From Lingula anatina (taxonomy: Eukaryota; Animalia; Brachiopoda), in contig CM120640.1 of the NCBI GenBank assembly GCA_051362555.1, positions 69,294,788 to 69,358,787 on the forward strand: 64,000 nucleotides of DNA. Reading direction: 5' to 3'. The notes under the pieces were generated by a model that was not told the DNA's origin, made no database searches, and saw only the letters and a program-made list of their open reading frames with translations. Position numbers and translations under genes: made by a program. Below, piece after piece: positions 1 to 14,200 of this stretch (position 1 is the stretch's first letter; every line of letters begins with the position of its first letter).

Positions 1-1760
1 ACTGAAAGTCCTTTTTTATATAAAGGATATCATTATTTTAGACATCCAGATGAAATAGTTTGTTGCCAATGGGTTTTATTTAAAATACAACATTTATGCT
101 GCACTTAGAGAAGTACACTTAAATACTAGATGCATTTCAATTCAATTAAATATGTATCATCAACTGCCCTGTATGAACAAGTCACTTGGAAACCTATTCC
201 AAGTATCTGACTGAATCTGAACTAACAACTATTTTATTGTTTTTTCTCTCTATTTTCTATATCAAAATGAGACTTTGATTAAAAAACAATTTGAGCATAT
301 TTCATTTACTGCCAGAAAAGAATATCTTAATTTCCTTTGTTTGATAACCTTATAAGGTTGCAATATTTGATATAATTACAGAATATTGCAAACTGATCAG
401 AAACTTGTTCAGGAAAAAGGATTTATATTACCGTCTACTTAGCTCCAAACACGCACTTATCAGCAGCAGGCTTCACACAGCAACTAGGTTTATAACTGAG
501 ATTTTATTACTAGGTCTGAATGTCGGCTTCATCAAATAAGTACATGTATGGGACACTGGGGCTCATAGCATACAGCAGCTGTACCCAAGACATGGAGATA
601 AGGGGAGTGTGTGGTTACAGTGGAGAGACGGGCAGGTTAGAAATTATCTCTAGGTTTTATGCGTAGGAAAGGAGAGAGAGAGACGGGGTATGTAGGAGGT
701 AGGTTTTACCTAAAGTGAAAAAATACCTTATTATAAAATGTAGTTTATGAGGTACCATTGTGCAAGATATGACAACCAAGGAATTAAGGGGGTTTATTTT
801 AATCTGTGAAAAGTCAATAGCGTATTTATCTTGGCCATCCAAGTTTTAGCAATGTTTTTTAGTTAAGCGTTTTTTTTTTCTTGCTTTTTGCTCCACAGCT
901 AGATTCACAGCTGATCCACAGAATCTATTCTCATAGAGCTACTTATGGCTTTTTGTTTAAATCACGCTTTTCCCACTAAATGCTTGACACTCATTTACCA
1001 GAAGAAAATGCATCTCTCTGATGTAGGTATTGTGAATTCTCATACAGCATTAAAATTTTCTCTATATTCAAAATTGTATGGGTGTAGTGTGATTTACCAA
1101 TGCATTAGGAGGAAAGCTACATCTTTTTTTTTTATATATATATGTGAATATATGAGCTTGGTCTTATGTTATCTCAAGTAACCAATGACACCTTGGTGTA
1201 AAACTCATAACTTAAGGTAAATGGTGTAATTTTGTTACATCTAGCCTGAAAAACAATAACAAAAACAGAAGAATAGTTTTTTCTGACGTTGCTTTCTTTT
1301 CTTAAAATAGTTTTGTCAAGATGAACTCAACTGCCATGATAAACATGGTTTTAAAAAAGCTCTGACAGATGCAGACATCCCTGCAATCTAGCATCATCAA
1401 CTGCTTGATTGCATTCTTCAAAGATCTAGACCAACAATGTCTCCTATAAAAATGCTGACAATCTTGATGTCATTATAATTGAGATTGCAAAATATTGAAT
1501 TCGACGCGATAACCATATTGTCAATTTACCATAAGAGCAAAATTTATTGTAGAATAATCAAATTAGTTTTATTTTAATGACATAAATCAAAGAAAAATAA
1601 TGTATAACTATATTATTAGGAAGGTCTTTCGGTTCCCTGTTTTTCGTTTGAAAAAAAAATTACCCCCCTCCCCCCTCACCACCACCACCAAATATCAGTG
1701 CATGTAACCTTGAAGAAAGGGATCATTTTATAAACTGGAAAACATTTTTGGTAAGAGATT

Positions 1761-2035
1761 TAGTCAGGAGTGTCCTAGGGACCATTCCCAGATGCTGTCG
1801 TACTAACTGTGGATCGATCTATCTCCAAAGGGCGATTCTCGTTTAATTGCAATCAACTTAAGCAGCTTAGATGTCTGTACTGAAGCTGCTAGGGGGTAAT
1901 TAATTATCGTTTAGCAGCTTTAGTAGGCGTGCCAGATATCTCAGCTGCTAAAGCTAAAAGCAATTAAGCGAGAAACTTCTTGGAGATGGATCGGTCCTGT
2001 TAGATCGATCTAGGCATTGGAACCCAGTCCTACTA
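1761..2035. mobile_element. Palindromic MITE-like repeat, family A copy 1
   Basis: Internal inverted arms (gatcgatctatctccaaag...cttggagatggatcg; ttctcgtttaattgc...gcaattaagcgagaa). A diverged reverse-complement copy lies at 15758-16026. Ends approximate. Confidence 0.75.
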
Positions 2036-5027
2036 ACTGCATCCCTACCTACCACTGCTCATGGTTTACATCAGACCCCATATGCTACTCAATGCTCAGA
2101 ACAATGAACATATGGATTACCATATTGAACCTACTGAACAAAAGCCAAGATGAAACTATCAAACCCTCAGACCAATGAACCTGCAGATTACCTTTTTTAA
2201 AACCAATAGGCTTTCAGACCATCGAGATGACAATTCAACAGCAGTGGATAGACATTTAAAAGCATTTGACACAAATTTACAAAGAAGGGTGGATTTATTC
2301 AAGGTAGGATATATAATTTATCAAAATAAATAAATAATAAAGATTTGTAAGGCAAAGATATAAAATCTTACATGGTTTAACTAAAACAGTCCCAAGAACA
2401 AAGATTCTACATGGAGATTGAGCTGAGTTGATTTTTTCATTTATACAACATTCGTTAGTGCATAAAATGCTGCAATAAAAACAGTTTTTTGTCCAATGAT
2501 GTTTATTTAAGTGCTGAACTTGGAAAGGATATTGGATTCCCATGACCAACAAAGGAGACTCGTGTGTAGGCAGCCAGCTTAGACCCCAGTAGATGTCAAG
2601 TCAAAAATGATCTGTTATTGGCATGACCTGATCCTCCAATAAAAACTGATGCATATAACCTTCATATTGAACATTCTGTAAAATTAGACAATTTTTTTCA
2701 CCTCCTATCTTTTCTGCGCCCCAATCCCCCCTACACATACACACATGGCCCGAGTTATCCAGGAATTACTTCTCTATGATAAAATAATTTGTTTATAACT
2801 ACTATTTCTCAAACAATACATTTTACTTTATAGATAAGGTGTTTGAGTACAAAAAAAGGACATGATCTAGGCATGGTGCAATGCTGAGACGAAAGAGCAT
2901 GATTAATTGAAAGATCTGATGAAATTATTGGCCTGAAAATTGGAAAGCTAGAGACACAAGGCTGATTTAGTAGATCATCTTATTGCTGGAATACAACTCA
3001 GAAACACAGGCGTATATGGAGGCTGATATGCTCCAACATCTTAATGCGGTCTCTAATATATAAAACAGGCCTCTGAAGAAACAATTGGTTTTATACTAAC
3101 AGGCTTTATACCATTAATAAAATATATCAAATCTAATGCAAAAAGGCATTTAGCTTTAAATCTAACTCAAATGAAATGTAAGCATAAAAATAACATATAA
3201 GTGTTTACAAATGGATACAGTTTTGCCCAAAATAATCTTATTTCAAAGAAAGGGAAGCTGCATAGATATACTAAAAAGTTTTTTTGTACAAAACTAATTC
3301 CACAGCAATTGTAACAGCTCCAGAAATCAGATCAGTAATTTCCTTCTATTTAGTTCCTAAACCACGAAATAATGAAAGAAAGAAATGCATGCAAAATGCG
3401 TCCTGTGGTTTCAATTAAATAATGTTTTTCACCTCAATGTTTAGAAGTGGAGCATCCCACCTTCAGCAGATGGCTACAAGAACTCAGAATGCACCCAACG
3501 TTTTCTTGTCATTCAATCAAAATAAGACTATGAACACCAACTTTATTAACAAATTAATGGCAGGTCTTATTCATGCTGACAAGTGTGATGAGGATACATC
3601 AACCTCATGAATACTACACCACTGACCTGTTCAAGATTTTTTTCACGATAGATGTTATAAGTTAAATATTGTTTTTACGTTTTCTACGGTCTGGTTGATA
3701 GATATGAAATTTATTCTTATTTGTAGTGATGTGCATCCCACTGGGAGCCAAGTCCATTCTTACAAAGGCCAAAAGCATAATAAAGGTGATTTATACTTTT
3801 CCAGGATTCAGCACCAATACTTTAATGAAAAGAATTTTCATGGCTGAGAAAATGAAAAACTAATATTGACGTTATAAATTAAAATCAGATAATGCAGAGT
3901 AGGGAGGTATAATAACTGACTCCATGTATCCTTGCAGCAAAATACCACAGTGCAGAAAAAAATCTTTTCACAATTTTACAGTGCAAAAACAGTGTCTGGT
4001 TGAAGAAGAAATTTTCTAGTTGTAATTTAACATGTGGGCTGAACAAGGGTTAAAATTGAGCATCCCAGATAATCATCAATTCAATAAACCTTTTCCAACA
4101 AACAACAAACCATAATGAGAGCCAATAACTGTTTTAGAATGTCCCAGGAAACCAAAAGCAGCAGCTTAAACAACCACACAGCCCACTGGGAAAATGCCTC
4201 ATGGGACAAAATACAAGTACAGACCATCTTTTTCCTCTCCCAATCTCACCATAGTCCAGCTATATATAACATGTATATGACTGCTTCTGAATTCCTAAAC
4301 AGTACACAGTAGATGTATGCCCTGGTATACCAGCTCCCTAACTACAGGCTAGCCAGACACTGTGCTCTGTGTTGTAGCTATTATCATATTTTGTCTAATC
4401 AACTATGGCAAGGTAGCTGACAGTTCAGCGACAAATGGCTAGCAATTACGTGGAGCCCCTCACATTGCTGACGCAGTTCTAATAGTAGCCTCCAGCAACC
4501 GGCAGCAACAACAACAAGTGTGACTAGCATCAGAAAGCATCATCTGATTCTTGCCTGTGAACTCCACCCTTGGCCTTTGACACAAACACACACATACACA
4601 CACACTCACTTCCAGGAGATGTTCATGCTTGCAAGAAGTATTTAAAGGAGTGTGCCAAGCATATTGGAACTAGAAGTTACTTTGACAATACAGTGCTGCA
4701 ACATCAGCGCTAGTCGCACGGAGAAATCAATCTATCAAGCTTACTGATTTCTTAGCATTACTAAGCTCATAGCACAGAGCAATTGTCACTTCACACCAGG
4801 GCGAGAAGACGCAGGAACTGTTCCGTCACATAGCAGAAATCTTTTGTGTTGTTTTTATTTTTATCCAATCAACATGCTTCATCAGGGAGAAAAAAGGCTT
4901 CATTAATCACCGGTGTTCACTATGTAAAATTATTCTTGCTGCCGAGTTTAGACCAGATTTGCTGCAAGTGTTTGAAACCAATCTTTTTGGTGCAAATTAA
5001 ACTGGCTACAGGTACAGTGATAATGTT

Positions 5028-5080
5028 TGTGTGTGTATATGTGTGTGTGCACGTGCGTGCGTGTGTGTGTGTGTGTGTGT

Positions 5081-5131
<51 letters not shown>
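5028..5131. repeat. Compound (GT)n/(GA)n microsatellite
   Basis: Directly visible; explains the ERERE/SLSLS ORFs. Confidence 0.95.
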
Positions 5132-5133
<2 letters not shown>

Positions 5134-7169
5134 GAACTTGACTCTGCAAGGCACTGATGTCATTTTTACTACTGCATTAAGGAGCGGTCGTGAAGTAGGT
5201 ATTCTTTTCCCAGCCAGAACTATGACGGCAGGAGATCTGGTTAAGAGGAGTGCGCAGCATGTTAACACTAAGTGGAAGTAAAGATTCTGACGGTGCAAGG
5301 ACATAGGAAGGCAATATCTTTTATTAAAAAGCTTTTGTAGTGTAGGTAGGTAAAGTTATTACTCTTTTGATTTTTTTTATACAAATTAAAGCCATTTCTT
5401 GCTCTTTATGATAAATGGATTTTCAAGTAATATTTACTCCTGCCATCAGGAGATATGAGGAAAATGGATATCATAAATGCTAGGAAAGTATTTATAAAGG
5501 ATAGCTTTTCTGAAAATCTTTGACATTTTGTAAATTTTACTTTAATACAGTTTCTGGAAACATTAAAATATAACATATGAATTCACATTTTATAGAAGAT
5601 GATAAAATGTCATACAAATAAAATTGAAAATATAAAAAAACATTTTCTCTCTCTTTTTTTTTTTTTTTTTTTTTTGGCGGAAGTCTGTTACAAACACAAC
5701 AATTTGAAAATGATGAATGGCAGACCTGCTTGTGGTGAAATTAAACAAAGTCATAACAACCTCACAAAGACATGACAGGCAATAAGATTCTTATTATTGA
5801 TCTGATCGGCTTCTTGATTTAATCAGAACCTCCTTCTCTTAGGCCGGCTCCTGTTGAAATGTTGCGGTAGGCATAAAAAGAGTCAAGACAGTGTGTTGCA
5901 GAATGTACAAATAATATAATTAAGCCAAATGTGCAAATCCCATTCAACAATTGACATAAAGAAATTGTGACTTCAATAAAATGTATTGCCTGACATTGTT
6001 TTTCCCCTCACATTTCACTGAAGGGGATATAGTTCTTAAGAAACTTTCATTCAATAAAGAATCACCATATGTAAAATAAAATAATAATTTGAAAGAGAAT
6101 GTACTCAGGAAAATTAAAAAAAAAAAAACAATCATGTACATTTTCAGCTTTTTGCAAAGAAGCATTTACACACATCTCCTACGGATGTCTAGTGGATTTT
6201 ACAAAAAGGTGGTAAATGCACATTTCTGACAGACATTTTCTGTATTGTGTGCAAAGAAGATTTATTACCCATTATATGCAGTGTTATTATGCTGTGAAAT
6301 TATTATGCACTGAATAAGATAATAGGAGGGTAAATAATTGATAATAAACTGGCACGTGGGCGGTTGCATTTTTAGTTTCTAGCTGTGAAGTTCTCAAGAT
6401 CTATTCTCTATGAAGCCAGGTCACTACTTGAAGTACATAGCAATTAAGAGGAATAAAATAAGGGAAAAAGTGGACTGTTTGCCCATTAGTGAGAAAACGT
6501 GTATGTATTGTATGTGAAGAATGGGGTTAGCATATTACACAAAGGATGTCTTGTTTTTGAAAGATTTATTCACTTTGTAAACCATCTTAAGGCTGTAAGC
6601 TTTATACAAATGTGCCTAAACCACAAATCCTTATTAAAAAAACTGCAACAGCTTGAGTAAATATTGCATAAGTATATCATATAAATTATTCAGTTCAAAT
6701 ATTTTACCCACACAGAATAGTGGGGGAAATTATACATTTAAAGGTTGCCACTTATTGTTGGCTTCTTATTAATAGAAAACTGCTGTCATTCACCCAAACG
6801 TGCAGCACTTTTGCACTGGTTTTTAACCTGGGATTACTAGGAATTCACACTCACATCTCTTATTCTCAGTGATCTCAAGACTGGATGCTTTCTACAGGCT
6901 GCAGTATAGACATTAGCGTAATTAATGTGAAATAATACGCCTGCCAAAGGAACTAACGTCCACAGAACGGCATTGACTGCAAAAACTGGCTGCTACACAT
7001 TGTTCACATTTCTTCTTCTCTCTCTTTTCAGTTTCTATCTCCTGCCTGGTGGATGGAGATGAACCAGTGCTGTTGGATTAAGCAGCAGTAATCTAGGCTA
7101 CAGTCCAGATTACAGTTCAACTGACAAAGAACAGCTCTTTCAATACCCAATAATGACATCAATCAGAAA

Positions 7170-8957
7170 ATGATGTTGATTCCATCAGTAACTGCCGACA
7201 ACAGTACCTCGGAACAATTTGCCAATTTCTCATCCATTTTTCTCGAATCAAAGAACAGCACATGGGTGCAGAGGTACAATGGGGTGCCCCTGGTGCTTGT
7301 TTCCATCTGTTTCTTTGCCATGATCCTGTGGACAGTGGTGGGGAACATCTTGGTTTGGGCTGCCCTCTGCAGGTACACTTCACTGAGGAACATTAACAAT
7401 TACCTCATTGGTAACTTGGCAGTGAGTGATTTCCTCTTGGCTGTGACAGTGCTACCATTCTCTGCAGTCTATGACATGCTGGGACACTGGGTATTTGGGA
7501 AAGTCATGTGTATCACCTGGCTCTCTGTGGATGTCCTCATCTGTACTGCCTCCATATGGGGACTGTGTGTCATAGCAGTGGATCGGTTCACAGCAACAGT
7601 CTACCCTGTGTGGTACAGAGAGCGCCAATCAGTTAACAGAGCAGCTGCCTACATTGCCTTTGTGTGGATTTTTTCCATTGCTATTTCTGTGCCACCGTTC
7701 TTTATGTGGGATGACATGCAAAACAATGACTTTTTGGACTATGACCAGAACGGCAAGCTACAGTGCATTTTGTTCAGAGATCATGGTTATGTCATGTACT
7801 CTGCATCAGGATCATTTCTTATTCCATTTATCCTCATGTTGTTAATTTACATCAAGATATTCTTTGAGTTACAAAAACGGGCACGCAAACTAAGACGCGC
7901 AAGAATGGTGCATAATCGTGCAACGAGCAAACGCAGCTCGTGCACTCCATCTGCAAAGAGCATCCCCAGTATTGAGCTGGAACCGGCCACGCAGGACCTC
8001 CATACTCAAGCAGATAGCTCCAATATGACATCAGGAGACTCCTCAAGTATTGGAAGCAATGAGAGCACACCACCACCTAGTCCAAGTGATACTGTGGAGT
8101 CGCCAGCCTCTCCAGCCTTCTCTACCGACACCAATAACTTCTCTGCCTTCACTGACAGTAAATCTGACGGCACGGGGAATAATAATCATGGAGGACTGCT
8201 CGTTATACCAGCAAAGGACATGTTACGTCCCGTGATAAAACGCAGTCCATCTCCAGACAGGAAACTGTGTAGTAAAGGATCAACACTGGGCTCTATCCAG
8301 GAGGAACACTCACAGACTAAATCTGCTGACTCAGCATTTTTTGATTTGAGTCATGTAGAGATTTCTAATTCAGAATTTTCCACCACTCAGTGTAATACTG
8401 AGATGACGTATGCTGAGAGTGGTGGCTCACCAAGCTCCCTGTCTAAGAAAACAAGAGGCAGGACTGATTCCCTGGCCTCACAGACAAATGGTAGTATGGA
8501 GAAACAGAAAAAATCAGAAAGAAAAGTTAGTTTAAATTTGCCACAGAAACCAAAACCAATTAAAGGATCAAAATCAAACGGACATACACCTGTTGGAAAA
8601 AGGCACAGGTCAAAGTTAAGAGCAAATAAACTGAAATCTTCCTTAAATTCCTCTACATTAGTATCTCACCAGCAACGTCGCTTTGAGTATCGCGAGATGC
8701 GAGCTACGAAGCGCATGGCATTGATCGTAGCCTGCTTTATCGTATGCTGGCTCCCATTCTTTGCCATGTATATTACCCGCAGTTGGTGCAAAGACTGCAA
8801 TATTGATGTGAACTTGCAGACATTTCTCATTTGGCTGGGCTATGCCAACTCTGCACTGAACCCTATACTGTATACCCTTTTCAACAAAGACTTCAGGAGA
8901 GCATTTCAACACATAATTTGCTGCACAAAGGCAGGACCACATCAACGCAGGAGGTGA
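7170..8957 (+). CDS. Class A biogenic amine GPCR (octopamine/tyramine/adrenergic-like), single coding exon, 595 aa
   Basis: Seven hydrophobic segments with class A motifs: GN (TM1), LAVSD (TM2), WLSVDVLICTAS with Asp3.32 and DRF (TM3), YSASGSF (TM5 serines), CWLPFF (TM6), WLGYANSALNPILY (TM7), helix 8 FNKDFRRAF. Long S/K-rich ICL3. In-frame stop at 7122-7124 upstream; splice acceptor at 7031 in the 5' UTR. Confidence 0.93.
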   Translation: MMLIPSVTADNSTSEQFANFSSIFLESKNSTWVQRYNGVPLVLVSICFFAMILWTVVGNILVWAALCRYTSLRNINNYLIGNLAVSDFLLAVTVLPFSAVYDMLGHWVFGKVMCITWLSVDVLICTASIWGLCVIAVDRFTATVYPVWYRERQSVNRAAAYIAFVWIFSIAISVPPFFMWDDMQNNDFLDYDQNGKLQCILFRDHGYVMYSASGSFLIPFILMLLIYIKIFFELQKRARKLRRARMVHNRATSKRSSCTPSAKSIPSIELEPATQDLHTQADSSNMTSGDSSSIGSNESTPPPSPSDTVESPASPAFSTDTNNFSAFTDSKSDGTGNNNHGGLLVIPAKDMLRPVIKRSPSPDRKLCSKGSTLGSIQEEHSQTKSADSAFFDLSHVEISNSEFSTTQCNTEMTYAESGGSPSSLSKKTRGRTDSLASQTNGSMEKQKKSERKVSLNLPQKPKPIKGSKSNGHTPVGKRHRSKLRANKLKSSLNSSTLVSHQQRRFEYREMRATKRMALIVACFIVCWLPFFAMYITRSWCKDCNIDVNLQTFLIWLGYANSALNPILYTLFNKDFRRAFQHIICCTKAGPHQRRR

Positions 8958-11137
8958 CACTATGGAAATATTGTGTAATAATTTAATGTAGACAATGTGC
9001 AATACCATTATGGATTACAGCAGTCGCAACAACTTTATGTCAAGATATATATTTCTTCAACTTAACTGCTTCAATAAAAGGAAAGATGTATCCTCCTGTT
9101 TTTCATGATCTCTTTAAGGTCTTTATATTTAAATGTTTTGCTTGGTGATGACTGTTTCGGAAAAAAGCCATAAGACATCCTTACAGTTTATGGTAATGCA
9201 ATGTGAAGGATTACTGGGTTGAAAAATTTAACCTCGGTCATTTGAGAAATACCAAAGACATAAATGTTCTATCATTTGACTGTTTATCACAAAGGAACTG
9301 AATTTTTAGCCAGGGCAATGACATCCATAGGAGACATAGTAGCCCTGGCAAAGTAATATGGCAGACAATTCTTTAATACTATTGTTGCAGAGCTTCTATT
9401 TCGTATGATACGTCAACCAGTAAAAAAAAATCAGATACTTCTATCTCATAGTTTCCTGTGAAAGAAACCTGTCATGGTGAAATCAATTTACCTCCCTTTC
9501 CGTCTTGCAATGCCCATGGTGCGATTTAACCCCCCATAAATTACAGCCATCTTCTGTCAGTTCGTTCATAGTGCAATCAGATGTCCTATTATAAAGACCT
9601 CAATCATGCTGATCAAAGGAAGAATCATTACAGCAAATGGTTTCTGCTAGCTGCAGATTTGCCATCATAAATTGCCCAAGTGTTTCAATCACACTTCCTG
9701 AGCCTTCTCAAACATTAACATCTCAGTACTTCTCTTTATTCTTAGTTGCTCCTAACCCTCTTGCTATTTAGGATACTGACATGCATTTATGTGGAACTGT
9801 AATCCACAGAAAAAAAAAACAACAAACAAATAAACAAACAGGAACTGTAGCACTTTTAAAAGGTTCTGTTGTGATATACCATACCCAAGTGAAAAATATT
9901 CAAAAATATCAACAATTTTCATTGCGTTCTGTAATCATGTTCTGCTGCTGCTGCAGCTTGCTATTGGTGGAAGTAAATATATTTTCCTACAAAAATATCT
10001 GTATCTGTAGTTTATTATTTGAATTTTCTTTATCATCTCAAATTGTGATAAAAAATCATTTCCCCAAACTATCTACTGTTGAAGGCAAGATGTAAACCTG
10101 AATATATGCATCTAAAAAATAATGAAACTGAATCTGTAGCCTTAAGAACAAAGACAGTCATCCAAAAAACAAGATGATGGTTGATACTGCTGAAAAATCT
10201 GACAAATCAAGAAGTTTGATGGGAGTTGGTCATTAATACAGTTAACCTTAAAGAAAAGTTGATGAACCAGTCTGGTCTGGTTTTTTGTTCACATTACTGG
10301 GACTAAGCATGGCAGGCCTCTGATGACTTCAAACATCACAGTCACATACCAGCACAGCGTTTTACATACAAACAAACGCAAATCTACACGTTATCACTGC
10401 TTCTGTCTTCATTAGATTCTAAACTTATGAAAAGTTGAAGACAAATCAATTGCAAATCTAAATTAACCTTTCCTGTGTTGGCAAAACTCTGTAGGCAATC
10501 TCATTAAAAATTCATGGAAACAATATATTTGGCAAACATTCTGTTATGTGCTCTGGTTACAACATGGTCTTTACTGAAACGAATTCATCACTGAACAAAT
10601 ACGCATTCTCAGGAGCTTTTCAATCAATTCACACAGACATTAGCAAAACATAACCATGTTCAAGTATGAATGTTAATGTGGTGTGTTTAATGAATTACAG
10701 TAGCAAAAATTAATCACAGAATTTCTAAACGTGCTTGAAAACATAATTTAAGTCTTTTTTATTTTTACTTCAAAAGAATTTGCTAGCTTCCTGTGAAGCA
10801 CACAAAAGATTCAGTAATCCAGCGAAACCAGAAAAACTCTATTGACCAACATGTATTTTTGCTTTTCCGTTCTATTGCTAAAAGTACAATGAACCTCAAG
10901 CCTCCAACCAGAAGCTTAATAATTCTCAACATATCTCAAAAGCAGTTAACCATCTACTGAAGAGTGAGACAAAAGATCAAAAGCAATATCTTCCACCTGA
11001 TGAACTGTGTCTGCAAACCCAGATAATTCCTTCTGTATATCAGAATTTTTACTCATAATTTTCGAACAATGAAATGTTTCATTTTTTAAGGGGAAGTACT
11101 CAATGTCAAGTCAATGAGCCCTCACGCCCCCCCCCCA

Positions 11138-11143
11138 AATAAA

Positions 11144-11200
<57 letters not shown>

Positions 11201-11212
11201 AATAAAATAAAA
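11138..11212. repeat. (AAAT)n microsatellite
   Basis: Directly visible. Confidence 0.9.
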
Positions 11213-12249
11213 CATGAGCATATGAAAAACTTTAAAATAACAGTCTTGACAATAATTTCTATTGTATTATATTAATAACATAGAGAAAAAAAAAGGAAAA
11301 AAAAGAAGAAAAACATAAAATCATAAACATGTTTTTATTGTATTATTTCATTTATTTGAATGTATACCTTGGTAAATAAAGGAAAATAACAAATTTATTT
11401 TTTTTACACATAAAACAAACACCTAATTTCTGTGTAGTGGACTTGATTTATTTTTTAAAACTTCTAATTTGAAAACAATCAAATAATGCCTCAACTTGTA
11501 TGACAAATATGTAACATGCATGCATAACATCCATTTCTCTTTGTGTAAAGACCAATACCCATCTGAAGAAAAAACCTATTTTCTCATTTTCTGACATTTA
11601 CAGAAATATTCTTCTCATAAGACTAATTGATATGTACTAAGTCTACATGAAATTCCATGAGGAATAATGACTAAAGTAAGGAATTCACACCTCTACCTTG
11701 CTTCTTGAACGAAGCCAGTAGGCTACTTAATCCCCAGTGATCTTACAATTATTTCATTCAGGATAAAGTATTGCATTCTTTTGATATTCCAAAACACCAT
11801 AAAATGATAATGGAGAGAACTGAGATAAAGATCAGAAAAAAGGAAAGGTAGTTTAGCAAAATACCCCAAATCCACATTAAGATTCCACAGCAATTTATTT
11901 CCTACACTTCAAAAAGACGAGCTTATCATGTCCAATGAAGTATTTTCAACTATCCTATGCCTACTGCATGTGGGAAAAACTGTATCCAATCTGTTTTCAA
12001 TAATGATGTTTGCAATCTCCATTTTTTTCCCTTGATATAATGGTATCTGTAAAATGTTCTATTCCACATATTCTACATTCACTTTAAAAGAAATGCAGAC
12101 AGAAAACATTGCTTTACCATCATATTTAGGCTTGAAAGAGGGAAAAATTTGGGTCTTCTATTAAAGAACATGTACATTTTTTACATGAACATAAAAAAAA
12201 TTTTTTGGGGATAACTACAAAATTTATTAATGATATTTGTATTTTACAC

Positions 12250-12253
12250 ATGT

Positions 12254-12314
<61 letters not shown>

Positions 12315-12342
12315 AGTGTGTGTGTGTGTGTGTGTGTGTGTG
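12250..12342. repeat. (TG)n microsatellite
   Basis: Directly visible. Confidence 0.95.
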
Positions 12343-13854
12343 TTGCATTTTGGTAGCCTAATGTGGCATTACTTATATTAAGTTCTGTATGACAATCAAA
12401 ACTAATATCATCACAATTACACAGGCATGAGACCAGTCCTCACTGAAAAACTAGGATTTACACGATTCACCAGATTTACACGATTCACAAGAATGACCCA
12501 AACGACCCTGAAAAAGTCAGAATTCTGACAAAAGTCGCAAGTTTCATCCATAATTATATGAAGGATAACTTATATCCTTATACAATTTCTGTGGAGATCC
12601 TCCTCATATATCATGGACCATTTTTACTCAACTCTGTCAATTAAGCAAAAATAAGCCTTCTTGTCTACTCAATTCATATTTCTTCTTAAATGTAATTGTC
12701 ACTGGGCTACTATCTTAGAAATATAATACTACAAGGAATCTTGACATTATTCCATTTCAGGATATTTCGTGGAAACCTTCAACACATAATCTCATTTAAT
12801 AATTATTTCTCAAGACAAGTAATGTCATAATGCTATTAGGCAGTCTATCACCAAGACTTTTTTTTGTTATTCTCTCTTTAATCTGGATTTCATTACGCCA
12901 GGGGCACACAGAAAGAGGTCCCAAAATGCTCGTCTATCTGGTCGCCAGAACCATTGGCATAATCTTCAAATTTGATCACAGAATTGCGTAATTATCATCT
13001 CTTGTCTACAAGATATATTACTATTGATCAGGTGCTGCCAAACTGTTTCCAAGGTTATATATTCATCTTTTGGGAGACTTAACAACATATGCTTTAAGAT
13101 ATTATAGTAATTTATCTCTTTTACGATTGTGGCACTTTTTTTGTGGCTTGTACTAAGCACTGACACCATTGTCACAAAGCCTGAGCCAGGGAGGAGTTTC
13201 AGGGGATCTGAAAGAACCGTCCTTTTTGCCAAGAAAAGATCTGCTCTTGGTAAAATTTGATCTAGGTATACAATGATTTCATGGTAAAAGGTCCACTTTT
13301 TCAGATAAAGAGCTACCCAGCCCTTTGAAATTGCTGGCTACAGGGCTGCACCATAATTTGGCACCTCAAAGTTAGAAAAATACAACATTAAAAATATAGT
13401 ATTAAGTTATTTGCAGTAATAAACAGACGAGTTTACTGTAGTCATATTATTAAATCATACACTACACATTGGCAACTGTTACAATTAAATTGTAAGATCT
13501 TCTCCCCTTTTTCTTCTTTTTCATTATTGAAAAAAGTTTCTCAGGCCAGCAATGAATGCCACCTATCAATATATCTGTCAATATAGAATTAAGTCAGGAA
13601 ATTATGAATCCTTTATCTAAATCACATTCAAATTGTGGTCTATACACTGACCTTTCATACTACTCTTCAAATGGCCTGATAAAACATTTACAAACTATTG
13701 ATTGTATACATGATTCCAGTTAATCTTTATTCAAACCACAGTGCTAAAAACAATGTTGTTGATCACACCATTCATATGATGGGTGGATAATTGACAGAGG
13801 CAATCAATTCATAGAAAAATTAAATTGTCTATTAAAAAAGCAGTAATTCAGCAA

Positions 13855-14200
13855 CTCTCTCTCTTTCTCTCTCCCACCCTCACTCCCTGTCTTTCTCTCC
13901 CTCCCTCCCTCCCACCCTCCCTCTCTCTTTCTCTCTTTCTCTCTTCCTCCCTCCCTGTCTTTCTCTCCTTCCCTCCCTCCCTCCCTCCCTCTCTCTCTCT
14001 TCCTCCCTCCCTCCCTCCCTCTCTCTTTCTCTCTTCCTCCCTCCCTCCCTCCCTCCCTCCCTCCCACCCTCCCTCCCTCCCTCCCTATCTCTCTCCCTCC
14101 CTCCCTAACTCCCTGTCTCTCTCTCCCTCCCTCCCACCCTCACTCCCTGTCTCTCTCTCCCTCCCTCCCACCCTCACTCCCTGTCTCTCTCTCTCTCCCC
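13855..14200. repeat. C/T-rich low-complexity tract ((CCCT)n/(CT)n)
   Basis: About 350 bp, almost all pyrimidine on the + strand. Confidence 0.95.

Noticed and set aside
4846-5304. ORFs with ERERER/SLSLSL/CVCV runs
   Set aside because: Translations of a GT/GA microsatellite.
7159-9008. Antisense and alternate-frame ORFs overlapping the GPCR
   Set aside because: Shadow ORFs of the real CDS with no motifs.
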